A stretch of DNA of 64,000 nt, taken from Candidatus Magasanikiibacteriota bacterium. Lineage in GTDB: Bacteria > Patescibacteriota > Patescibacteriia > Magasanikbacterales > GWA2-37-8. Shown in pieces: positions 56,988 to 64,000 of the stretch. Position 1 is the first letter of the stretch, and the number at the start of each line of letters is the position of its first letter. The position numbers were made by a program, and so were the translations under genes. The DNA is taken from NCBI GenBank assembly GCA_023246655.1, contig JAHFHX010000001.1, forward strand, positions 28,648 to 92,647, given 5' to 3'. The notes beneath the pieces were generated by a model, which saw only the letters and a program-made list of their open reading frames with translations, made no database searches and was not told the DNA's origin.

Positions 56988-58457
56988 ATGCGTATTACTT
57001 TTTTCGGTGCCGCCGGTGAGGTAACTGGTTCTTGTAGTCTGCTTGAAGTCGGTCCCTATAGAATTCTAATTGATTGCGGGATGTTTCAGGGCAGCCTTGA
57101 AATGGAAGCTATGAATCATCAGGCATTACCTTTTGATCCTAAGAGTTTGACCCATGTTTTTATTACCCATGCGCATCTTGACCATACCGGCCGGCTGCCG
57201 CTCTTGGTTAAGCAGGGGTATGTTGGCTATTTTTATGCCACTGCCCCCACCATGGAGCTCGCGGAATTGGTCATGCGGGACGCTCATGGCATCATGTTAT
57301 ATGATCATCAACATTTTGGTCGGCCAATTCTATATGGCGAAGAAGATATTGCTGGTGTAATGACCCAGTTTAAGACGGTGGAGTATGGGGAAGAGATGGA
57401 ATTCCCCGCTTGGGCGGGGAAGGCCTCGCAGCCAGGGGTGGGTGAGACCATTGAGTCGCCACTTGCCACTGCCACGCAACGACCTCACCCACCCCTACCC
57501 CGCCCAAGCGGGGAATCGAACGTTGCCGAAAGTGTCACCGTCACCTTCCACGACGTCGGCCACATTTTTGGTTCGGCCTTTATTGAGATCAGAGCCGAAG
57601 GCAAAAAAATTGTTTTCTCCGGAGATGTCGGCAACGTTCATGTGCCAATTTTACGCGATACAGAACCACTCCCGTCTAACCTTGATCTCTTGGTGTGTGA
57701 GTCCACGTACGGCGATCGCCTGCATGAAGTGCAGGCCACGCGTGAAGAAATGATTGAACAAGCGATCCTTAACGCCGTTAAAGGTGGGGGAGTGCTTATG
57801 ATTCCGTCATTTGCTTTGGAACGGACCCAAGAACTTATTTATGAACTTAACAAACTCATTGATCACAAACATAAACTAACCAACGTCCCCATTTATCTGG
57901 ACAGCCCGCTCGCCATTGATGCTACCAAAGTGTATCGCAAGTACCCACAATATTATGACGAAAAAGCCGCCGAATATTTTAAAGAGGGTGATGATATTTT
58001 TACCTTTCCTAATCTCATTACCACTTATTCTCGGGAAGAGTCAATGAAAATTAATCACACGCCGGGCCCCAAAGTTATTATCGCTGGCGCCGGCATGATG
58101 AACGGCGGCCGCATCCTCCATCACGCTCTTCATTATTTATCTGATGCCCGTAACACCATTCTTTTCATCGGCTATCAATCACCCAGCACCCTCGGCCGAC
58201 AAATTATGGAAGGCCACTCTCCGGTCACGGTGCACGGTGAACGCGTAGTCGTTAAATGCCAAATAAAAGTTATGGGCGCGCTCTCGGCGCACGGCGATCA
58301 AAATAAACTGGTGAGTTGGATTAGCGCCGGTCGGCCCAAAAGAGTTATCTTCAATCATGGGGAACCCGGGCCCTCTGCGGCGGTGGCGAAAAGGTTGCAG
58401 CAAGAATGCGGTGTTGAAGCTGCTCCAGCAGTGCTCAATTCAACCGTTATTGTTTGA
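56988..58457 (+). CDS. MBL-fold metallo-hydrolase, RNA-metabolising beta-CASP nuclease (RNase J-like)
   Basis: MRITFFGAAGEVTGSC and HAHLDHTGRLP (HxHxDH), plus beta-CASP motifs. Contains an in-frame 38-codon GC-rich insert at 57402-57515. The start codon is embedded in the conserved upstream motif. Confidence 0.8.
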   Translation: MRITFFGAAGEVTGSCSLLEVGPYRILIDCGMFQGSLEMEAMNHQALPFDPKSLTHVFITHAHLDHTGRLPLLVKQGYVGYFYATAPTMELAELVMRDAHGIMLYDHQHFGRPILYGEEDIAGVMTQFKTVEYGEEMEFPAWAGKASQPGVGETIESPLATATQRPHPPLPRPSGESNVAESVTVTFHDVGHIFGSAFIEIRAEGKKIVFSGDVGNVHVPILRDTEPLPSNLDLLVCESTYGDRLHEVQATREEMIEQAILNAVKGGGVLMIPSFALERTQELIYELNKLIDHKHKLTNVPIYLDSPLAIDATKVYRKYPQYYDEKAAEYFKEGDDIFTFPNLITTYSREESMKINHTPGPKVIIAGAGMMNGGRILHHALHYLSDARNTILFIGYQSPSTLGRQIMEGHSPVTVHGERVVVKCQIKVMGALSAHGDQNKLVSWISAGRPKRVIFNHGEPGPSAAVAKRLQQECGVEAAPAVLNSTVIV

Positions 58458-58649
58458 TTCAATTTCTGGTATGTATTTCACAAAGCTTAAAAATATTTTG
58501 CAGAAAAATAAACTATTTTTTATTTTGGTGATCGCTAAGCATTTTAGATAATAAACGTTTTTAAAATAACTTATCCACAATCCCGACTCAGTCGGGATTT
58601 TTTGTTGTACATTAGCCAAAATTACGTAGATATTTTTTGGTGTAAAGTG

Positions 58650-58678
58650 TTGACCAATGTAGTTAAGTGGTGTAAAAT
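58650..58678 (+). promoter_or_regulatory. sigma-70-like promoter of the dcw cluster (TTGACC-N17-TAAAAT)
   Basis: -35 TTGACC at 58650-58655, a 17-bp spacer, and -10 TAAAAT at 58673-58678. GTGG(T/G)G direct repeats at 58667, 58687 and 58697 resemble MraZ operator repeats. Confidence 0.6.
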
Positions 58679-58734
58679 GGAAGTAGGTGGGGAAAGGTGG
58701 TGAAAATGCTTGTCCCACTTTTTCTTCCCTCAGT

Positions 58735-59166
58735 ATGTTTATCGGTGAATACAGTCACAATCTTGACGACAAAGGCCGCTTGGCCATCCCCATTAAATTC
58801 CGTCAGGCTTTAAAAAAAGGGGCGGTAGTAACGCGGGGACTTGATAGTTGCCTTTTTTTATACACGTGTGATGAGTGGCAAAAACTCGCCGAGAAATTAG
58901 CCGCGCTTCCAATTAGCCAAGCCAACAGTCGAGCGTTTGCCCGCCTCATGCTTGCGGGTGCTATGGATGTGGAAGTTGATAAACAAGGTCGCGTTATCCT
59001 CCCGGAATACTTACGGCATTTTGCTGGGTTAAAAAAGGGCGTGATTGTCGCCGGTCTCTATAGTCGCTTAGAAATTTGGGATGAAACCAAGTGGGGGATG
59101 TATAAAGGTCAGACTGAGGCCGAGAGTGGAAATATTGCTGAGCGGATGGGGGAGTTGGGTGTGTAG
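58735..59166 (+). CDS. mraZ: transcriptional regulator MraZ
   Basis: MFIGEYSHNLDDKGRLAIPIKFR, and a second DxxxR-type repeat VDKQGRVILP. Confidence 0.88.
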   Translation: MFIGEYSHNLDDKGRLAIPIKFRQALKKGAVVTRGLDSCLFLYTCDEWQKLAEKLAALPISQANSRAFARLMLAGAMDVEVDKQGRVILPEYLRHFAGLKKGVIVAGLYSRLEIWDETKWGMYKGQTEAESGNIAERMGELGV

Positions 59167-59168
59167 CT

Positions 59169-59283
59169 GTCATTGCGAGGAGGAGCTTGGCAGCGACGAC
59201 GAAGCAATCTCCCCGTTTAAGAAATTTTTAGACAGGGGGATTGCCGCGTCGTCCCGATGCGAATCGGGACTCCTCGCAATGAC
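59169..59283. repeat. palindromic MITE/REP-like element, copy 3 (full length)
   Basis: GTCATTGCGAGGAGGAGC...CGACGAAGCAATCTCCCC ... GGGGGATTGCCGCGTCG...GGACTCCTCGCAATGAC. It sits between mraZ and rsmH. Confidence 0.85.
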
Positions 59284-59292
59284 ACAAAAAAT

Positions 59293-60228
59293 ATGCGCCA
59301 TATTCCAGTCTTACCGAATGAAATTACTGACCTTTTACAACCAAAACCAAACCAGAATTTTATCGACTGCACTCTGGGTGATGCCGGGCACGCGGAAATG
59401 ATTCTTGGAAAAACCTCACCCAACGGAAAGTTGTTAGGAATCGACGCTGATCCAGAATCGCTCCTGCGCGCCAAGCAATATCTCTACCAATTTGGTGAGC
59501 GTGTAGTCTACGCGCGTGATAATTTTGTTAACCTGACAAAAATTGTTGCCGAAAATAATTTTGGTCCGGTCAACGGAATTTTGCTGGATCTGGGTTGGTC
59601 TAGTCCGCAGTTTAGTGAGCGGGGAAGAGGGTTTAGTTTTGAGAAGGATGAACCACTTGATATGCGATATCAAGGAAAATCCGAATCACAAAATCCAAAA
59701 TCAGAAACGACAATTGAAACCGCGAGTGAAATTGTTAACCACTATCACGAAGAAGAGTTAGCTCGGATTTTTAAAACCTATGGCGAAGAAAATTTGAGTA
59801 AAGAAATTGCTGCCGCAATTGTTGCGAGTCGAAAGAAACAGCCGATCGAACGTACCAGTCAACTCGTTGAAATTATTCTTGAAGTCTACCAAAAAAAATT
59901 ACATAGCACTAAACAAATTCCTTGGATTGGCGGGCTCCACCCCGCTACCAAAGTTTTTCAAGCTCTGCGAATTGAAGTCAACCACGAACTTGAGATATTA
60001 CAACAAGCATTGCCTCAAGCCGTGGAGATCCTTTGCTCTGGTGGGCACTTAGCTGTTATCAGCTTTCATTCTTTGGAAGATCGAATAGTAAAGCATTATT
60101 TTACATCAATCCAGAATAAATTAATTAAGTTGGTAAACAAAAAACCAATCACAGCGAGTGAAGAAGAGATTAAGCGTAATCCCCGGGCCAGAAGCGCGAA
60201 GTTGCGAGTGGTGGAAAAGATGATGTAG
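59293..60228 (+). CDS. rsmH: 16S rRNA (cytosine1402-N4)-methyltransferase RsmH (MraW)
   Basis: HIPVLPNEITDLL...FIDCTLGDAGHAE and DLGWSSPQF motifs. Confidence 0.9.
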   Translation: MRHIPVLPNEITDLLQPKPNQNFIDCTLGDAGHAEMILGKTSPNGKLLGIDADPESLLRAKQYLYQFGERVVYARDNFVNLTKIVAENNFGPVNGILLDLGWSSPQFSERGRGFSFEKDEPLDMRYQGKSESQNPKSETTIETASEIVNHYHEEELARIFKTYGEENLSKEIAAAIVASRKKQPIERTSQLVEIILEVYQKKLHSTKQIPWIGGLHPATKVFQALRIEVNHELEILQQALPQAVEILCSGGHLAVISFHSLEDRIVKHYFTSIQNKLIKLVNKKPITASEEEIKRNPRARSAKLRVVEKMM

Positions 60229-60292
60229 AAAGTAGAGAGTAGAGAGTAGTAAGAAACGTTACCACTCTTTACTCCTTACTTACTACTCACTC

Positions 60293-60661
60293 ATGCAAAT
60301 TATGTCTCTTCGTCTTCGCCTGAAATACAAAATGAATTCAATTCGCCATTTTACCTCTTCTTTTTATTTGCCGTCTTGGATGACCGGTACCGCGATGCGG
60401 GTTATGCTGAGTTTAGTAGTTGTTGTATTAGGTGCTGCCTACGTTATGGAGACTAATACGCTCGCAACCAGTGGCTATGAAATTCATTCATTAGAGCAAC
60501 GGATTAGTTTTTTACATAGTGAGCTGCAGCGTTTGCATACTACCGTGGCCGAGGCTCAATCTATGGCCAGTATTCAGAAGCGTTTGCCAGAGATACAGAT
60601 GGTGGCGGTGACCGATATTATATATCTTAAACTCAATAATGAAGTGGCGGTAGCGAAATGA
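60293..60661 (+). CDS. FtsL-like cell division protein
   Basis: Position after rsmH in the dcw cluster. Single TM segment MRVMLSLVVVVLGAAYVM followed by a coiled-coil. Call is by context. Confidence 0.5.
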   Translation: MQIMSLRLRLKYKMNSIRHFTSSFYLPSWMTGTAMRVMLSLVVVVLGAAYVMETNTLATSGYEIHSLEQRISFLHSELQRLHTTVAEAQSMASIQKRLPEIQMVAVTDIIYLKLNNEVAVAK

Positions 60662-60721
60662 TGCCTGTTGACCTTGCAAGAATAATTATGTACCGTAGAT
60701 TTGAGGAGTAAAATTTGACGT

Positions 60722-61099
60722 ATGGAATTATCTGCCCATGAAAAAGCTGCACAACTTGGCCAAAGAAGATCAAAAGAGTTTCAAGAAAGAGAAACAACAA
60801 CAATAGAATTAAGCCCAGCTGTACGAGCACTACAAAAAATTGTGGGGTGGGTAGATTTGTTGCATGAGACCGAGTTCTCTGAATTAGATGGAGATTTTAA
60901 AAACCGAATTAAATTTTTATTTGAAAAAGTTGACGAGTTTAATTCTCAATTTAGTGGTACACTTCCAGAAATATCTCCAGTCATGATTAGCATCATGGTC
61001 GGGGATCAACGTGTTGGGGTAACTTTAAGGACAGATACACGCCAATTATTTCTTCAAATTGATCCAGTGACAATACTCGGTCAATTGTCCTTGGAATAG
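60722..61099 (+). CDS. hypothetical protein (125 aa)
   Basis: ORF only. Confidence 0.35.
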   Translation: MELSAHEKAAQLGQRRSKEFQERETTTIELSPAVRALQKIVGWVDLLHETEFSELDGDFKNRIKFLFEKVDEFNSQFSGTLPEISPVMISIMVGDQRVGVTLRTDTRQLFLQIDPVTILGQLSLE

Positions 61100-61209
61100 G
61101 GGCACTAAGGCGCTCATTATTATCGCGATTACGACGCGTTTTTTTTATTTTTTTTATGTGCTATAATAGAAACGTGAATCAATAAGCACGAATTGTCAGG
61201 AATGGAGTC

Positions 61210-61620
61210 ATGTATTCGTGTAGATTCCTAAACAAAATCGGTATTTCTATTGGTTTCTTTATGTATCTCGTTATTCTCCAACGTCTGTTGCTGGAGGCAG
61301 TATTAGATATTTTCTATTTCCCACTCTGGTGGTATACCGGAGGCGTTAAACACGCTTTATTTTGGTGTTTTAATTTATTTAAAGATGGCAACCGAACTTT
61401 AGCACCCGGACTGTGGTTCCGCAATATTTTTGTTCCCATGTACGGACAATATGATTGGCAAGGGAGAATTATTAGTTTCTTTATCCGTTTAGCCAATGTT
61501 ATTGGACGCATGATGGCGCTTGGTTTTTGGTTTGGTATTTGTATAACCTTATTCGCTGTGTGGTTTATTTTTCCAGTAATAATTATATATGGATTGATTT
61601 CATCATTTATGAAAATATAG
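61210..61620 (+). CDS. hypothetical membrane protein (136 aa)
   Basis: Hydrophobic ORF. An extended -10 TGCTATAAT lies upstream at ~61158-61166. Confidence 0.4.
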   Translation: MYSCRFLNKIGISIGFFMYLVILQRLLLEAVLDIFYFPLWWYTGGVKHALFWCFNLFKDGNRTLAPGLWFRNIFVPMYGQYDWQGRIISFFIRLANVIGRMMALGFWFGICITLFAVWFIFPVIIIYGLISSFMKI

Positions 61621-61638
61621 AGTCCATGTTGTAGCGAT

Positions 61639-64000
61639 ATGTTATTTGAACCTATTCAATCACTTCCACTTTTGATGTGTTCGTATTGTAACGCGAGCGG
61701 TTTTTTGCTGTGGCGACGGTGCAAAGAATGCGGTGGAATGGCCATGGGATATTTTTGGCATAACCGCTGGCTGTATTGGCGCTATCCTTTGACGCGTTAT
61801 AATTTACAACTGGAACGCAGTCGGCGAATATTTAACCGTCTTCGAAGAATTATCGTTTTTCTCTTGGGGGTTAATTTTTTGTTATGGGCGGGGTGGTCTG
61901 GCTATCGCGGAGTGCTCCGCGGTGACCCTACCAGTTTGCTTAATGGCAAAGATTTTTACCGAGGTGTCTTTATGTTATTCCTTGGGGTCGTATGTTTTAG
62001 TTATTTTTTCTATCGTCGATTTCACGATAAGCGGTTGGTTGATTTGGTTGAGCATTATGATTATCGTGATAACGCCGCCTTATATTCTCCGGTAGTCGCC
62101 ATACCGAGCTGGACTCAAGCAAAAAAGATACCACGCCGTCAGCGCCATAATGTCGCCGAAACTTTTACCGACGAGGCACTCTTAATTTTAAGTGATACGT
62201 ATCGTTTGGCCGATAAATTAGGGAGCATCACACTGACGCCGCTTCACTTGTTTTATAGTTTACTTACCCTCAATCAAATTAGTGGTATTTTTATCCGCTT
62301 GGGAATTCCCATTTCCAGTATTCAGCAAAAAATTGGTCCAGCTCTGAAGCAGGCAGGAGGCACCGGTGGGAGGGCGCTCGCCATTACTGACGATGTGCGC
62401 CAAATTCTGTTTCATGCTTACGAAGAAGCGTATCAGGCCCACCAAGAGTACGTCAGTGTTACAGATTTACTGTTAGCGACTGTACGACAGGCGCCAGCGC
62501 TTCAGGACCTTTTATATGATTTTGGTATTGATAAACAAAAACTCACTAATGTGGTTGAATGGGTGAGGATTCGTGAGCGATTGTACCGAAGTTATCGTAA
62601 ATTCCAGCAAGCAGCTCGTCATCGTTCTAAACATGGTATGGACCGTGCCATGACAGCAGTCGCCACACCGTATCTCAATCAATTTAGCGACGATGTAACA
62701 CTCTTGGCACAGTTAGGACACACTAGTCCTTGTGTTGCACGTGATAAAGAAATGGCCGAAGTCTTTCGAATTGTAGAAGGTGGTCAGCAGAATGTAATTC
62801 TCGTGGGGGATTATGGCGTTGGAAAAAAGAGTATCATCGAAGGAATTGCTGATCGTATGGTACAGGATGATGTTCCTGATCGTTTAAAAGATAAGCGTTT
62901 AATTCGGTTAAGCGTGTCATCTCTTCTTGCTGGCACAACGCCATCAGGGGCAGTAGAGCGTCTCATCAATATCATGCGCGAGATTGCTCGGGCGGGGAAT
63001 ATTATTCTCCTCATTCATAATATCCATGAACTCATTGGCGTCTCGGCTGGTGGACAGAGCGAAAGCCTTGATGTGGCGGGGACCCTGGCTGATTACCTCA
63101 CGGGTGGGCGATTTATGACGATTGCCACAACCACCACGGAGGCACACGCTCGCTATATTGCCAATTCTAAACTGAGCACCGTGTTTACTAAGGTAGAAAT
63201 TCTCGAAATGAGCGAAGATCAGGCTATTCAAGTGCTTGAATCAAAAGTGGGGTATATTGAATATAAAAATCACATCTTTTTCTCCTATGAGTCCATTGCC
63301 AAAGCGGTGCAGCTTGCCAAACGTTTTGTACATGATGTGCTGCTTCCGGGGAGCGCTTTGGAAATTATGAGTGAAGCAGCTAGTTTTACTCATAACAAAA
63401 AAGGGAAAGATACACTTGTCACCGGCGAAGAAGTGGCGGTAGTAGTGGCTGAAAAAACTAAAATTCCAGTTACTACTGTGTCGGCCGATGAAACTACTAA
63501 GCTCTTACATCTTGAAGAAACCATGCACCAAAGGGTCATTGGCCAGGATGAAGCGGTAAGTTTGGTTGCCAATTCACTCCGGCGCGCTCGCGCTCAGATT
63601 CGTGCTACCACCAAACCAATTGCCAACTTTTTATTTCTGGGGCCAACGGGTGTTGGTAAAACCGAACTTACCAAGACAATCGCGGAGGTCTATTTTGGCG
63701 GAGAAAATCGCATGGTACGGCTTGACATGAGTGAGTATCAGGATAAGACCAGTATTTATCGTCTGATTGGCGCACCAGGAGAGAAAGGGACGGGAATTTT
63801 AACCGAAGCTATTCGTCGTAATCCATTCGCCCTTCTTTTGCTTGATGAAATTGAAAAGGCTGATAAAGATGTCCTTAATCTTTTTTTACAAGTGATGGAT
63901 GATGGCCGCCTAACGGATAGCACCGGTCGCGTGGTAGACTTTACTAATATAATTTTGATTGCGACATCCAATGCTGGCACCAGCTACGTGCAGGAACAAC
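61639..64000 (+). CDS. ClpC/ClpB-like AAA+ ATPase (partial, continues past window end) with N-terminal Cys4 zinc-ribbon and TM extension
   Basis: Open frame from ATG 61639 to the window end, not in the ORF track. Clp-N repeats: ALLILSDTYRLADKLGSITLTPLHLFYSLL and ILFHAYEEAYQAHQEYVSVTDLLLA. D1 has a degenerate Walker A GDYGVGKKS. D2 has canonical GPTGVGKTELTK and the sensor LLLDEIEKA. N-terminal CSYCNASGF...CKECGG precedes two hydrophobic segments. Confidence 0.8.
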   Translation, partial: MLFEPIQSLPLLMCSYCNASGFLLWRRCKECGGMAMGYFWHNRWLYWRYPLTRYNLQLERSRRIFNRLRRIIVFLLGVNFLLWAGWSGYRGVLRGDPTSLLNGKDFYRGVFMLFLGVVCFSYFFYRRFHDKRLVDLVEHYDYRDNAALYSPVVAIPSWTQAKKIPRRQRHNVAETFTDEALLILSDTYRLADKLGSITLTPLHLFYSLLTLNQISGIFIRLGIPISSIQQKIGPALKQAGGTGGRALAITDDVRQILFHAYEEAYQAHQEYVSVTDLLLATVRQAPALQDLLYDFGIDKQKLTNVVEWVRIRERLYRSYRKFQQAARHRSKHGMDRAMTAVATPYLNQFSDDVTLLAQLGHTSPCVARDKEMAEVFRIVEGGQQNVILVGDYGVGKKSIIEGIADRMVQDDVPDRLKDKRLIRLSVSSLLAGTTPSGAVERLINIMREIARAGNIILLIHNIHELIGVSAGGQSESLDVAGTLADYLTGGRFMTIATTTTEAHARYIANSKLSTVFTKVEILEMSEDQAIQVLESKVGYIEYKNHIFFSYESIAKAVQLAKRFVHDVLLPGSALEIMSEAASFTHNKKGKDTLVTGEEVAVVVAEKTKIPVTTVSADETTKLLHLEETMHQRVIGQDEAVSLVANSLRRARAQIRATTKPIANFLFLGPTGVGKTELTKTIAEVYFGGENRMVRLDMSEYQDKTSIYRLIGAPGEKGTGILTEAIRRNPFALLLLDEIEKADKDVLNLFLQVMDDGRLTDSTGRVVDFTNIILIATSNAGTSYVQEQ

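Noticed and set aside
1-64000. CRISPR arrays, rRNA, transposases/integrases, stop-codon reassignment
   Set aside because: No regularly spaced direct repeats with unique spacers were seen. No rRNA-like conserved segments or transposase/integrase motifs (DDE, tyrosine recombinase R-H-R-Y) were recognised. Housekeeping ORFs terminate normally with TAA/TAG/TGA, so there is no evidence of recoding.

Overview
This 64 kb window is an AT-rich (roughly 40-45% GC by eye), gene-dense stretch of bacterial chromosome with short intergenic regions and standard stop codons. Many native genes have no obvious Shine-Dalgarno sequence. The gene content looks like a reduced-genome lineage, possibly Patescibacteria/CPR-like, but that is inference.

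Housekeeping genes recognised from motifs:
- Oxidative pentose-phosphate cluster gnd-zwf-(gdh)-pgl.
- A class I/II aminotransferase, a PLD-type cardiolipin synthase and rarA.
- A TsaE fused to a membrane domain.
- gatC-gatA, then a protein made of two tandem LOG domains, lgt, tRNA-Ser(GGA) and yidC.
- An SPFH-domain protein.
- An expanded heat-shock locus: CIRCE, hrcA, grpE, hsp20, three hypotheticals plus queF, dnaK, dnaJ.
- Small hypotheticals, then an ECF sigma factor split by a single-base frameshift, followed by a putative anti-sigma protein and a secreted repeat protein.
- rnhA, murA, S41 protease ctpA, era, rplI-pyrG.
- A cell-envelope glycosylation cluster: polyprenyl sugar transferase, S8 subtilase, UXS-like epimerase, GT2, DUF2304, GT4 and a methyltransferase.
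- A DsbA-like protein, recJ, lepA, murJ and an RNase J-like beta-CASP MBL nuclease.
- The start of the dcw cluster (mraZ-rsmH-ftsL-like) and a partial ClpC-like AAA+ ATPase with an unusual N-terminus.

One tRNA-Phe(GAA) is also present. No rRNA, CRISPR, transposase or integrase is recognisable.

The most interesting signals are layered on this backbone:
1. Discrete GC-rich patches (~60-65% GC) in AT-rich DNA. The largest carries a likely foreign ATP-grasp/GSP-synthase-like gene next to tRNA-Phe, bracketed by two near-identical terminator hairpins. Others are small GC-rich ORFs with canonical AAGGAG ribosome-binding sites, and one is an in-frame palindromic insertion inside the RNase J-like gene.
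2. A family of ~110 bp palindromic MITE/REP-like elements with termini GTCATTGCGAGGAG ... CTCCTCGCAATGAC, inside operons.
3. A terminator stem reused at seven or more sites (ATCCCGACTNAGTCGGGAT).
4. A ~90 bp direct repeat bracketing a two-gene cassette.
5. A conserved ~39 bp motif with TGYRTAATC direct repeats 21 bp apart, abutting the start codon of three genes (rnhA, a GT4-N-like gene, the RNase J-like gene). This looks like a small regulon.
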